From Anthoceros angustus (Eukaryota > Plantae > Anthocerotophyta): a stretch of 64,000 bases of DNA. Made by a program: the position numbers and the translations under genes. The stretch spans positions 868,001 to 932,000 of the forward strand of contig MU008174.1 in the NCBI GenBank assembly GCA_010909165.1, given 5' to 3'. Shown here in pieces: positions 45,458-59,249 of this stretch (within the stretch, counting starts at the first letter, position 1; each line of letters starts with the position of its first letter). The notes under the pieces are model-generated. The model had not been told where the DNA came from and made no database searches. It saw only the letters and a program-made list of their open reading frames with translations.

Positions 45458-47836
45458 ATGGTGAGGGACACGCAGTTCTACACGGTTCTGGGCGTTGAGC
45501 CTGACGCTACAGCCGCGGATATTAAGAAGGCCTACTATGTGAAGGTGATGGGCTGGATCCTCAGCCCCGCTTGGAGAGCTGGTTTTGCAGTTGTGTGATG
45601 AGAGTGCTGGAGCTCTCTCTGGTTTGTGGGTTTTGTGGCACGACCCTGTGAGTGTCGGAAGCGGAAGATGAATCGGGTCCTCTATGCTGATTCTGTGACC
45701 GTTTGGGTGAAGGGCAGGCTAGGAAAGTGCATCCGGACAAAAATCCAAATGACCCTCAAGCTGCAGCCAACTTCCAGGCAAGTCTGGGAATTCCATCTTT
45801 AGTGACTCAAGTGATGAATGAAGTGAAAGAAGTGATGCATGAAGTGTGGAAAATGAAGTGATGCTTGAAGTTTGGAAAATTTCAGGCTTTGGGAGAGGCG
45901 TATCAGGTTCTCAGCGATCCTCAGAAACGAGAAGCGTATGACAAATATGGGAAAATGAGCGTTCAACAGTGAGTGTCTTGTCCTGTCTTGTCTTGTTTGA
46001 ACGCTTGGAGATTTGAGCAAAATTGGTTTTGGGTTTGACAGGTTTTTGGAGGATTGTTGGGTTTGAATAAGAGAGAAGGTAGAGAAGAGTATCACAAACT
46101 TAACACCAAGCCAACTAACTTAATGAGACGTTTTACTGCACCGTGCAAATGTATCACAGGCTGTGGCCGAGCAGTGCTTTGATCTCATTTGGGTGTACTG
46201 TGACGTGTGTGCACAGGGAGTCGATGATAGATCCATCTGCTTTGTTTGGAATGCTTTTCGGAAGTGAAGCTTTTGAGGAATACGTGGGTCAGCTCACGAT
46301 TGTGGCTAATGCTAGTGTCATGATGGCTGCGGAGACGGATGGACAGCCTCCTGATATGAAGGAGATCAGAGCGAAACTGCAGGCAGGACTTCTTTTCCAC
46401 TCGCTCATTTGAATGTACTCGTAATTGGGTTTTCCTTCCTGTGTTGTTATGGGATTCCTCTCTGATACAGTGGCCTTTCCATTCAGACCGTTCAAAAACA
46501 AAGAGAGGACAAACTCGCTACACAACTACAACAGCGACTAGACCAATTTCAACCAGGTCAAATGGAAAAGTTCTTGGAGTGGGCCAAGGAAGAGCGGAAT
46601 CGGTTGGATGAAGCTGGTGCGCTTTTCTGACCATTCTGAACCAATTCGCCTATCTCTGTCTGTTGCTTCTTTCACTTGTCGGATGAGGAGGACTGTTTCC
46701 TTTCAGCCCTTCCATCCTGTCATCCCAGCTTATTGTTCTCGCCTTGTTTCCTCACTGCCATGTTGCTCCATTTTGGGTGACAAGCTCCACTGAGATGAAT
46801 TGTACGAAGTGAACTCACAGTCTTCATTGGATGCTCTTCGGCAGCTTTCTCAAAGACCATGCTTCCTACAATTGGTTACATATACTCCCGACAAGCTGCC
46901 AAAGAACTGGGGAAGAAAGCGTTTTTTGGACTCCCGTTTGTGAGCGAATGGGTACGAGACAAAGGACATCAATTCCGATCTCAATTTATGGCAATAAAAG
47001 GTAATATATTGTTCAGTCTGCCTGCCCCGCACTTCATCGTGATCTTTGCCCGGTGGCTTGGGAAAAGGTTGCAGGCTTCCTGCTTCCAGAGGCTGACGAG
47101 ATGGTATGTTGTTCTCTTCGCAGCTGCAATGGCCATCATACAATTTCAGGACGACCTAAAGAGGGAAATACTAACAGAACCTGATCAGAGTCAAGAGCAC
47201 CTTCAAAAGCTTCTAGAATCCAAGCAGGATCTATTAATCGAGCAACTTTGGAAATTGAACGTTGTTGACATCGAGTACACACTTTCGCATGTGTGTCATA
47301 AGGTAACCATCCATGTTGAAACGCTTGTTACATTGCCGCCCACCAGTAATGCCATCACTCCAGGGTCATAGTCATGTGTCTCACTTCAAATCTGTTGTTT
47401 CCTTGAAGGTTCTTACCGATCAGACAGCTTCAAAGGAAGTACTCAAGAACCGTGCAAGATTTTTGAAGAAGCTTGGAAATGTCTTTCAGGTACTTCCATG
47501 TCTAAACCGCATTCTGGACTCCCTGTACCAAGTTTTGTTGAGCGGAACTTGACTTCTCTTGACATGTGCAGGGCAAGCAGGAGGTCAAGAAAAGCGGCAT
47601 GGTGAAGTTCCTTGGAGCCGCCCATAATGCCACCAAGGTCGTAAGCCCACGTCCTCGCAAGAATCTGTTTTCTGTGGTTCCAGTGGCGGCAGGTACTGAC
47701 CCTTGACTCTGCCATGGTGCAGTCGCCACGACCACATCCAGCTGGAGCAGCAGCTTCTTCGGCCGATGCAACCCCCGAGTCACCGTCAGCTTATCCATCT
47801 CCAACGCCACCGGCTGGAGCCACGACAAATCCTTGA
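45458..47836 (+). CDS. ATJ10-like: DnaJ protein with J domain and DNAJ-X domain (chaperone DnaJ 10-like), 9 exons
   Basis: [13 protein letters not shown]...IKKAYYVK / [13 protein letters not shown] / [11 protein letters not shown] / [17 protein letters not shown] / [17 protein letters not shown] / [10 protein letters not shown] / [13 protein letters not shown], then a Pro-rich tail. Two GC-AG introns. The last exon boundary is less certain. Confidence 0.9.
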
Positions 47837-49298
47837 ACCACATCAGCTGTACTTTGCACAGCCCTTTGTCGCAACTGCTATCAGTGTTGCCATCGGCGCC
47901 AGCTGCTCCTGCGAGTAAGACACCCTTATTACTCCCTCCACCGTGTGAACATTCCTAAGCGAGTGGTTTTGTACTCCATTTCTCAACCTTGGTATCGGGG
48001 ACAAAAGCAGATCCTTTCGTCCTCCTCACGGTGTTGTACTCTTCGATGCTTCAATCATAGCAGCGGTATCATACGTTTCCCTCCTCGGACTTGTGGTAGA
48101 CGTCATGCTGGTTTGATCTAGTCTTGGACTCTAGTCTCGAGTTCTCTCAAATTTACCCTAAACAGTATGTGCACGTCTGGATCAGACTTCCGCCATAGCC
48201 ACTCCTCAGGCCCGGGCGGAACCGTCAGAAAATCCTCATCCTCGATCCTCGGAATGCAGTATGCGATACTGCGGTGTTCAAAGGCTTCCCGGATCCATCA
48301 GGAAAGCAACAGGATCCAGCAGGAAAGTGCAAAGGTGCAGAAAAGCGTGTCGATCCTACTCCAATCCCTAAGCGCTCCGGTGCGGGATTCACCAGTCTGC
48401 GTCTTTCAAAAGCGGCCGGCATCAACCGGCTTGCCAGTGTCGTTCATCAGGAAACCCGCGGATCCTGGCCGCGGACGTGTCTCGACGGAGGTTGATTTCG
48501 AACTGGCGCGATCTTGCTAGGTCATGCTTCACATCGAAGCGCTTTCGATTGCGCTTGCCAGTGTGCGTCGACGAGCAAGGTTACCGGTACAATTTGCCAC
48601 CGTTTGTGGTAGTGCTGTGCGATCCCGTCGACGGCCGCAAATTGCCGGAAGACGATGTTGAAGAAGCGCGTAGCTGTGAGAGCTGCAGTACCTCCTCACC
48701 ACCTGTCTGTTTGCGGGGGAACGGATGGAGGAAGACGCGGACACCTTTGGTGTGACATACTAGGTCTTGGAATGTAGTCGCGCAGTAAGGTGGAAAGCAG
48801 GAGGGAGGCTCCAACTCCTACCTCCTTCCTACGTCATAGATTCTTAGAAGACGTGCGTGTCGCCGCGCCTCGCGTCGTTGGAGTATGAATGACAGGAGCT
48901 GCAGGCAGGTGGAACTTGGAAGTGGAAACGACGAAGGATGCCGTCGCCCACTATGCGAGGATGACGGTTTCGATGTACGTGTCTGGGAAATTCGAATTTT
49001 TATGTTTTTCTTGTCCAAACTCTGATCCAGGCTCCAGGAAGCTGTTTGCACGGCCCGCCTCTCTTCGTTTCTGAATGATAAATTTCTCGTAAGCCATCTA
49101 TGGGTAGGGTTTGTCATAGCTGATCGGCACGATCGTAGAGTGCTGATATTTGATGGGTTCGGCACATTGGGCTTGGAGTCCAAGACATTAGCAGGAGTGG
49201 TTTGTACACACACAAAAAACATGAGACTCCATTCAAACTTCTTTTGTCCCTCTCTCACGCGGAAAGAAACTCTTCTTTCTCCCTCTTCCCTACATAGG

Positions 49299-51690
49299 GG
49301 GAAAATAAGACTTTATTATAAAAAGAAGATGGAAAAAACCCATCCACCCAAAGGGGGAAAAACCCAACCGATGTCAAAGAAGCTGCATCTCCTGTACTTG
49401 CTGTCGTTCTCTACACTGCGTTGGCCAACGCTCTCTGCAGAACGATGGAAACCTTCTGCCGGAAGAAAGCAACAATATAAGAAAGGGGGAGGCCAACGCC
49501 ATTCTTGCGGCTATGATAAGCCTTGGCGCAAGCCTTGACGAACTTGGAGAAATCCTTGCCCATGGCTCCGTGAGTCTCGATGGCAAGGGGGACGAAGGCG
49601 TGGCCGTCCTGCATAGGAGAGTACTTGTGGACCTTAACCGTCACGCATCTCTCCGCCGCCCAACTTGGAGGGTTAAGAATAACATGTTCGCAGACACAGT
49701 CCCGGGTGGGATCGGTTATAACTACATCAACAACCGAAACCTGATCCCCCTGGGTCAAAAATAGATCAGCCCTAAGCGAAACCCCGTTGAGCAGGGTATA
49801 AGGGCGCTCCCTAAATGGAAGGAACCCGCCTTTCCAAGCAATAGAGAACATGACGTCCCGGACGGCATCATGCGTAGCGGTACGCTACCCACCCGCGGAA
49901 CAGCAAGCCAAGTGCATCCCAAAGTCATGGAGAGGGGCCCGTAGCTACAAGTTGAAAGAGAGCAAGCCAGAGGATGGACCAAGCTCAGGCGAAAACGCAT
50001 CGCAGTGGAAAAAGTTGATGGTGCGATGCGGAATGCCTGAATACTAGGTCGAGCCAGAATCCAAGAACCTACCCCTTCCCCGAGCAAGAGCGAAGACGAG
50101 CCTGAGTGGGCCCAGGAATGGAGGAATCCTGGAGGAGGGCCAACTGCGCCTACCCGTACTGTTTCTCCAGGAGGGACGCTTGAAGCCCTCGGAGCCCAAT
50201 CTCGGAAAGCGAGGAAAAAGACGGCATGGCAGCCCTCGCCTCGGAGGATAAAGAGTCCCTGGCTAACCTTAGCGAGGCCTGCATGGGGAAAGTCCCCTCC
50301 TCAACGCCCGCGACAAAAGCCTCCAGGATATGAAAATGCCGAATTAAGAAATGCGCGGACAAGATGGGGGCAGAGAGAGCCCAGCTCCTTATGAAAGTAG
50401 CTAGCGCGGAGGCCTCCGTCGCCAGCAAACCAATGCCCCCAAAAGCGACGGGAAGGGTGCACACTCGAAGGTGCCTGGGCCGATGATGTCACCTAAAACC
50501 TACATAAGCTGCTTGTCGAAATTCCTTAGGCTAAACAAGAAAAGCAAGGAAGGGGTAGCTGTTCAGAGAAAGTATCCTGGCCGGCGCGCAAGACATAAGG
50601 AGAGGATCCCAAACACCACTTGCGGGTCTCCCAGTTGAGAAAGGTCGTCGATGTATACCAAATCCTCAGCCAAAGCTGCGTCCACATGATCATGGATGAA
50701 GGCAGGAGGCTTAATCGGGACACTAAGAACCCGAAGCCCCAGCGGAGAAGCAATATCCCCCTCCGGATACCGAAGAAAAAGCACAACGCCAGAGGGAGAC
50801 CAAACCTTGCACTTAATGATTTTAACCTTCAAACCGAGGTGGAAGAGCTCTGAAGCGAAGAAATCAAACGCCACCTTAACCTTGTCTCTATGCCCGAGGA
50901 TATGGGTATCATCGGCCACAAACGGTATAAACATTTCCACATCGAAGAGGCAGTTGAAGACAAAGCCCTGAAATGCGCCATGGCAAAGAGAGCACCCTCC
51001 AGAGGGTCACCTTGCCTAGTGCTTGTCGCCGAGCTTAGCACGGAAACCCCTTCCACCAAGGGGCCATGCTGATAATAGAGGTTGGAAGGAGACCCATAAA
51101 AGGAGTGGACAAAGGGAATAAGGCTGGTCAACTGCCCACCTGTGTTCTTGAGCTCGTCGAAGATGGCCGACCGTGAGACAGTGTTGAAGGCATACTCCAT
51201 GTCGATGTGAAGAGCAACCCAATCAAGATGGGTCTCGAGAACCGCCTCCACTCCGAAAGCCACATACTCGCAGCCCCTCAGCGTAGCAATCCCAAACCGA
51301 TGAGGACTAAGATGGGCCTGGAACTGCTTCCAGAGCTGGATGGCAATACTACGGCCAATAAGCCGCAAGAACGCCTCCCCGACAGCCGTAAGTCGCAGCT
51401 GAGCCTCCCAAGTCATCCGATCAAAATCCTGTTGGACTCGAAAAATGTGGTTCTTGACCCTACGAGGCTTAAATAATTTCCCGCACACGAGACACAGAGT
51501 GTCCTTCACAGGGACGGGAGAAGGGGGCCCCATGCATCGAAAAAAGAAAAACCTGAAAAATTCCACCCCACAACACCGACACGGGTCACCCGCACGATGA
51601 CACCTGACATGGGTCATCCGCACACTGCGCTTCACGCCCGGCCGATCCTCCGTCTGACAGCACTCTTGCACAAGGGCAAGGGTAAGGGCC
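49299..51690 (-). mobile_element. Degenerate CRE-clade (restriction-like endonuclease) non-LTR retrotransposon
   Basis: C2H2-like CLVCGKLFKPRRVKNH; RT motifs AVGEAFLRL, IDMEYAFNTVSR, RQGDPLEGALF, FVADD; CCHC HLACC...HDAVRD; RLE RADLFL...VDVVITDP...KVHKY...FVPLAIETHG...QKVSIVLQR. AATAAA at the 3' end; possible 7-bp TSD ACATAGG. Confidence 0.85.
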
Positions 51691-51870
51691 ACATAGGCAC
51701 AAGATACATGAGCACAAGCTGAACTGCTTGTGGAAAACTCTAATATTATTTATTAAATATAAATTAAGAGTAAAATTAAAGGCAAATTAAGAGATTTAGA
51801 TACAAAAAATGATTGGGAGTCACAACTAGCCCGTTAGAATAATTAACCTAAAGTACCCCGGTCGCCCAAA

Positions 51871-52055
51871 AACAAACAGAGTACTTCTCGCTTCTTAATT
51901 CCAGAAGGACGGTACGACTCATATTGAATCACGAAGTTGTACTCCTGCAAAATAAGTGTCCAACAACAAACAGAGTACTTCTCGCTTCTTAATCCCGGAA
52001 GGACGGTACGACTCATATTGAATCACGAAGTTATACTCCTGCAAAATAAGTGTCC
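51871..52055. repeat. 94-bp tandem duplication
   Basis: AACAAACAGAGTACTTCTCGCTTCTTAAT...AAAATAAGTGTCC at 51871 and 51965. Confidence 0.92.
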
Positions 52056-55000
52056 GCCTTGCTAACTTACATGTGAGCTTCTTGCTTTTCATTAGCCATT
52101 TCGCTATGATTTTTTTCTTTTTCTGCAAAGCCTCACTGTGAGGATCCTTGAGCAACATTTGCTGAGCGTGAGCCAAGCATGCTTGATTTTATAGCAGGAA
52201 AATCTCTCATGTCTACTATGTATAAGAGCTTATCAACCATTGAGATTCAAAGAGATGCCTCAAATCGAGATGCTCGACCTCTAGTTGTTGTGTTGAAGTC
52301 GTTTTGTGACAGAGAAAATCACAAGGCTTGGTAGGAAAGTTGATTTGGGCTGGGATTTTGAAAGGATGTTCGGTTTCATCTAGTGAGCCTAGCTTAAATT
52401 TTGCTCAAATTTTTGTGGCAATGTATGTTGTAACCAATTGAAGATGCTGCATCCAGTCGTCAATGCAATGGGGCCAAAAAAAAGGTTGGTGGAAGCTTGT
52501 GTCTTCGATTCTTCTTGAAGAATATAGATTGATAGAATGCAAGGTTCTGATAATCATGCAACAAAATGGTAAGGCTATTTATTTTTGTGATTCATTATCA
52601 ATAATTAATGGTGAATTGGCTAGATAATTGAATTTAATAATTACTATAAATTACTTAGAGTTCAATTTCAGATTATTGGCCATTTTAAGGTTAATCCAAA
52701 AAGACGAAGCATGACCCAACGATTCTATAAACGAAACTGGCTGATTTTTTGGACTTTTTGATTGAATTTTTTTTCAAGATGGACATGGATAGATGGAGCT
52801 TGACCATGGGGGCTTTGATGAAGAGCGTTATGCGGGTTCCCCGCGGGATCTATGGTGCCGAGGCATATGATGGCTCGAAGTCCCAACACAACACGATGGT
52901 TGCTTGGTCCATTCAGTGAGCAAGTTACATGATCTCTATGATGCCGTGTGACATTAATATGAGTGCTTGGGTTTAGTGTTTGATTTGTGTTAACTAATCT
53001 AATTAATTATCTTTAAGTACTTGATATTAATTAATCTAAATCACTTTTATTAAGTAAGTATTGATTAGTATTAATTAAATATGACTAGCACTAGCTAAGT
53101 GGAGAAGCACAAGTGATATACTAAATTACATATTCCTTGCATATTATATTATATTCTTAGGATATTTCTGGCATATACTGATGCCAATAGGATATCTTAA
53201 GAATATGCCGATGTCAAGGGCTACTACATATAGACCCTTTCACAAAGGACAAGCTCAATTCATAGCTTGTCCTCTAAATGTACAAAGCAAGTGTATTGTG
53301 AGAAGGCCAAAGCTATGACTCCGAGAGCGACGTGTGAGGAATTTGCGTGTTGTTCTCATGGGGAGAGTGTATTTATGCCACGACATGCGAGCTACTCTCT
53401 CCTATTGTTACAAGCTATGATCTCTTGTGTACGCTAGATAAGCGAGCTAGGATTGATACGCTTGCTATGCAATTTAGGCGATGCTAGGCTACAGAAGGCT
53501 TAATGTGCTAGGCTTGTTAGCCGTGCTAGTGTCCTAAGTGTGCTTGGCGATGCTAGGCCGTGCTAGGCTTATAACTTCGTCACACCTCAAATCGGGGTAT
53601 TGCGTTGGGGGATGTTCACACCTTGTTCATTCTCACTAAGAAATTCATGCGTCTACACAAGAAGAATCAACTCAGGCCTAATCCAATGAGCTGGGGCAAG
53701 CTGATAACTTTTCTAAGGTCTAGGATATCATTTGGTCGCTTCCTTGCCATGTGAAGCAAAAAACTCAGGGTGTTGTACATCAGGAGTTGTTGGTGCGACC
53801 GTTATATAGTTGTAAGCGTAGGTTGGAAAATCGTATTTTGCTTTTCTACCAGCCAGAAGCAGGATTTTCTGCTTTGTTAGGAGTTCCGTTAGGGATCCTG
53901 GATCTCTTGTATTCCTTTCTATAGATATTAATCTAATCTTTTTCCAAGTTAAAAAGTCTGATATTGGGGCATACAAACCTATTTCAGTGACATCCAATCA
54001 TATGTCGACACTTATCATACACTTGCTTGCTCCACCTCGGCGAGGCATGGCTATTGGATTGCACTAAATGGGAGAGCCAACGAGTTTTGCGCCCAAATCT
54101 CCCTCCTGTTTTATTGATCTCTTGTTTTTCAAGTTACTAACTCACTCATATACCTCAACTACTTACGATAGGAATTTACAAACTCTTGATTGTCTAACTG
54201 CTTAAAATCTTACCCTGACCCCACAAATTTCATGTGCTCCCTACAAGTCATAAGACTCTGCAAAGGGCTTGAACTTCCTCTTCATATTGAATTGTAGCAA
54301 TGCACATTGTCAAAACTTCAGAGCCGATACAAATGGCCCAAGGCATAGCAAATGCAGACAACACATTAGGCTTGCAATGCGCTAGACAGAAAGGGTTGTT
54401 GCACGTAGTGCGCTACGTCGAAACCGCCCTAACTTGCCTTTACTCCCTTCTAACCTGCTCCAAATCTTGCTCTAACCTGCTTCAAACCCGCCATAATATG
54501 TGCTCTCTCCTTCCTAACCCTCTTCAACCTCGGTTCTCAGCCCACCGCAACTTGGCCCAAACCCTACACCTCGGAAGCCCACAATTTTGATTCACGACCA
54601 GAGCCGAAGTGCGGAAGGAAAAAAGAGGCATGAGCTTCTTTGCAAAACAGAGGTGTCCTCTTTCGTAGGGCCAAAAATTTTGGATCGATTACCAAACCAG
54701 ATAGAACAATTTTTCGCATTCAACATGGACGGTTATTTTTGGAAAGACGGCACATGCATTGCAGGTACACTATTTGTTACCAATAAATAAATTGGTTACC
54801 AACAAAGAGCTAAGTGGAAAAATAGCCAACCAAGATAAAAATATAACGATTTTATAGTGCATGCCAACAAGCAAAGTACCGGTACGCGTAATGAAACCTC
54901 TTTCTTTATTATCAGTATTCTCAAAGATATGTCGTGTCACATGATGTCAATAAAAGAAAAGCTGCTCAACAAGGCACTCTTTGTTAACGATACTTATATT

Positions 55001-56933
55001 GACCGGAGGTCGACAAAACCCACATGTAGCTCAAACATCCACCCTCCATCCTCCGTGCACTTTTTGTCTTGACCAGAGGGCAATAAACGTGCATGTAACT
55101 AAAACATCGACCCTCCATCCTCAATTCATTGATGATAATTATGACGCACGAGTTTACAACAATATGTACATCTCGGCACACATATCCAGAAGCATAAATT
55201 AACCCATAATGGTCACCCATAGTTCTCATCTCGAAACTAGTTACACATATTATTATACGCCTTTTTCTTTACAAACTTGAATATTCTGGGTGCGCTGCAT
55301 AGGTAGGTGATTGAATGTTTTTTAAGATTATTTAGACGTTCTTATTTTCCTCCTAGTTCTATGTCATGATTGATTAGTCCATTATTTTACAAGTTTTTAC
55401 TAATAATATTAATTTTAAATATATAAAGAATATTTGATAAAATGATAATAATTTTGGTGCCAAATGGGGATCCTTCGATGCAAGAGATGATGATGAAATC
55501 AATTATCGAGAATTAATAAAAATCAATAGCATTAATTAAGCTTACTTCCCACCAGAATTATGACGAGAATAATTTTAGATTACCTAAAATGCGTCCACTA
55601 ACCGGCAATCTTGCACTCTGACCCCCTGTCGCTTCTCGACGACGGGCGATGGGTGATAATTTTCGCCAGTTTCACCCTGGGGGCACAACGGAGCTACTCT
55701 ACGGTTACATTGTCGCATAATGCATTCATGCCAGTACCGCAGCGCACATTATTGGGCCCGGGGCGTTCCATTCGAAGCTACAGCCTAGACAAGCGAAACC
55801 AGGCCGGCGAAACCAGGGTGGCGAAAGAGGCCGGCGAAACCGGCCTGCAGAGCCGGCCCTCCTGTGGGTCATGGGGTACAGTAGAGAGAGAGAGCGGAGG
55901 CGCGAGCGAGCGAGCGAGCAAGCGAGCCAGCCAGCCAGGCAGCGAGCCGACCTTTGTCCTGGTTTGGCGAAGGAGTTGCCGCAAACCCATCCTTCCCCTG
56001 GGTTTTGTTGCCTCGATTGCTGCCGATCGAGGCGGGCCGGGCATTTTCGTCCCATTGCGCTGCCTGGTGCTGCATGTGCTGCGCGCGCGCGTGCTGGACG
56101 CGGAGTCGAATTCTTGCAGCTAGCGGCGCCGGGAGCCGGCAGGGGAGAACAGGAGCCTCGTCGAGCAGCTGCGCGCGGGGCGGAGGCTTGAATTGCGTGA
56201 AGGCAGCGGAGGGAGGGGGTTTGTGAGGTGGGTTTTTGCTTCTGTCGGTCTGGGTGGCGGAGGTCCCGGGGCGGGACAGGACGGCGGGGGCAAGAAAGCG
56301 GCGCTCGCGGGGGTGATTGCGTCCCGGCGGTGGTATTTTTGAGGTGGGTTTTTCGCGGCGAGCAGAACAATTGGCGGGACGCCCGGTGGGTGTCGGTGTG
56401 GTGGATTCGGGGAGCCTCGGCGTTGTGGGTTCTTTGGGGGAGTGGATGGGGTGTCGGCAGGGTGCAAGAAAGGGCGTGGCAAGAATTGGAAGCGGGGTGG
56501 AGGCGGCAGAAATTTTTTCCTTTAACCAAGAACGCTGCTAGTACGACTCGGGATCGAGTTGGGTTAGGGAAAGATCGAGGCGAGTCAAGATTTGAGGCGG
56601 CTGCATTTTCGTCTGCGCTGGTGGGGTGGATTTTGAGGGAGTGCGGAAGTTTGGGTGAGGTTGTGAATGGTTGTTGCACACGGAAGAGGAAGAAGGAGGA
56701 GGAGGAGAGGAGGAGGAGAGGAGATTTGGAGTGGGTGGCCCATGTCAGCTGCAAGGGCAGGGACAGGGGGATGTGGTGTTGAGCTGGAGTGGTGTGGGGG
56801 GCTCTGTATGGAGCAGGAGATTTGGTGGAGGAGGGAGCAGTTGCAGGCAACTGGAGTGTCGTAATGGGTTTGGAGGTGATGGAGTTAGGTCTGTAGGAGG
56901 GAGGATGCAGAGTAGGAAGGAAGGGTGGAATGC

Positions 56934-58077
56934 ATGTTCGTGGATAGGGGGGATCTCGGTGGAGGGGGGACATCTGAGGACTTGTTTCATCAGCCGTTAG
57001 CCACCCTGGCGTTTGCAGGAAGACCGGGGCTCATGGGGGAGAGTTTGGCTGTGATGCAAGCCATGCAGCTGCAGCCTTCTCCTCCCTCTGGGCCTCTTGC
57101 TGTCCCCACTGGGAGTGGGGATCTTGCAGGTGTGTCATCGGGCAGGATGCGGAAGAAGGAGGATCGGATACCGCAATGGGGTTACCATGAGACGAAGGAG
57201 TTCATTGCCATCCGAGCCGAGCTCGAGAAGGACTTCACGCAGACAAAGCGGAATAAGACCCTGTGGGAGCTGATTGCTGGCAAGATGAAGGAGAAGGGGT
57301 TTCGTCGAAGTGCTGACCAATGCAAGTGCAAGTGGAAGAATCTGGTGAACAGATACAAGGTTGGGGCTGGGCAGTGTCGCATTATGCGTTTTGGTTTTGG
57401 TTTTCTTGGACCTGGTGTTGGGGGAGTATATTGTGGCTTTTGTTGGGCATTGGTTTGGTAGGTTGGAGTGATGAAGCCTTTGTTGTCTATGTTTGCAGGG
57501 GAAGGAGACATCAGAGCCTGACAATGGTAGGCAGTGCCCGTTTTATGAAGAGCTTGATGCAATCTTCAAGGAACGTTTGAAGAATTCGGACAGGCTTCTG
57601 CTGGAGTCGGAGTCCGGGGCAAGGCCCAAGAAGAAAGGTAAGAGGTTGAAGCGTAGCCTGGTTGGGGAGAAGTCATCGGATGATGACACCGAGGACGATG
57701 ATGACGAGGATGAAGAGAGTGAGGATGAGCGAGTTGTGCGACGCAAGAAGAGGAAAGCTGACAAAGAAAGGCAGCGTGTGACTGCCGAAAAATATCGAGC
57801 AAGCAGCATGCAGGAAGTGCTTGAGGACTTTTTCCAACAGCAGCAAAGGGTGGAGGAGCAGTGGAGGGAGTTAGTGGAGAGAAGGGAGCATGAGAGAAGG
57901 GTACGGGAACAGGAGTGGAGGGATGTAGTGGAAAAGCTTGAGCAGGAGCGGACTGCAAGGGAGCAGCTCTTTCGAGAGCGTGAGGAGCAGAGACGAGCAA
58001 AGGAAGAAGCTCGAGCTGAGAAACGAGATGAACTATTTGCTGCTCTCATCAGCAAGTTCGTCAATGAGGACCACTAG
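56934..58077 (+). CDS. GT-3-like: Trihelix (Myb/SANT-like) transcription factor, GT-3 subgroup, 2 exons
   Basis: RIPQWGYHETKEFIAIRAELEKDFTQTKRNKTLWELIAGKMKEKGFRRSADQCKCKWKNLVNRYK, GT-AG intron 57360-57498, GKETSEPDNGRQCPFYEELDAIF, then an acidic/NLS linker and an E/R-rich coiled coil ending RAEKRDELFAALISK. Confidence 0.93.
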
Positions 58078-59249
58078 CAGATCTGCTTTGGGGATATGGC
58101 AAAGTGTGGGGGCCTGCCTATGCTCCAGCAGGGCAAGCAGCATCTGTGGATTCGGTAGTCATTGATCACCGCATTGCTTCTTTGAGTGTCTGTGTGCAAT
58201 CTGGACGCAGATGCCATTCTGTACTGTAGGAGTTACATCTCTGACCTTAGAACAGGAGGCTCAAGGCTGTGCATCTGTCCGGCCTGCAGCCAATTTCGGC
58301 GAATTTTTCATTTTGTGGGTTCTGGGTAGCTGCTCCGATTTAGATTACGCAGGAATTTCACCTGCAGACTAAAAAGCGATGCTGCTCAAGCTGGAAAAAT
58401 GCGCTTGTAAAGTACGTGCCGCAAGGATGCTAGGTGTGGAAGTTTGGGTGGAGGTCTTCCACCCCTTCTCAAAATTCTGTGATCAGGACAAACAAGATAA
58501 GGTGGTCTCCGTGGATTGTCATCTGGAAGTGTTCTTAGCTCTAGCTTTTGTCCAAACACTCCATCTGGACAATTGCTATCCAGATTCTTTTGGAGCTTCC
58601 TATGTCCTCGTAAAGCATCTACAGCAAAGCGTCCTGTCGATAACGTGTTTAGTGTGAGTCGAATGTAGACATTCGGCGAGTCAGTGGACGTCACGGAATG
58701 AAAGGAGAGTCTCAGGAATTTTCTCACTTTTTTAAAGCCAGGATTCTGACAAGACAAGACCATGACGCTACCTCCAGGCTCGACAAATAAGTTGTTGAGT
58801 CTTAGACAGAACTCCATAATTTGGATGCAGACATGCTTGCGACATAACGCTTTCCGAACATGTCTGCTTATGGCAGCCAGACTTGTTGCCTGCTTCAGCA
58901 AGATTTTCTCTACGACGAATATCCTGGAAGGACAACTAAGTAGCCAGTACGGACGAATGGACCCCCAAACTTGAAATAACGAGGAAAGCTTGACTGTGGT
59001 TCAGCCCAACGATCGCTCATAGCTTGTCCTCACCATTTTTCGCATGCATCTGCAACATAAACACATACCCAATGTTTGAGGAACATCTCCACGTGTTCAA
59101 ACGTTTAAAGACACTTATAACACAAACCAGCCATACTAGAAATACCTTGGTGTGTCGGGAGGACCAAATAACCTTTGAATGTCATCCCGGACTGATGAGA
59201 ACCGCAGGTCTGCACGAGACCTGCAGAACTGATTTTATGGGCTGCCTGA

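Noticed and set aside
48167-49258. Several 60-146 aa ORFs between DnaJ and the CRE element
   Set aside because: No motifs, no consistent splice structure and mutually overlapping frames.
52100-54600. Possible gypsy LTR remnants (GTGTGACA, GTCACACC ends)
   Set aside because: No paired LTRs, PBS, PPT or coding motif could be established by eye.
55726-56973. 415-aa minus-strand ORF and neighbouring GC-rich ORFs
   Set aside because: Low-complexity P/S/R/T sequence antisense to the GC-rich promoter and 5' UTR of the trihelix gene; no domain motifs.
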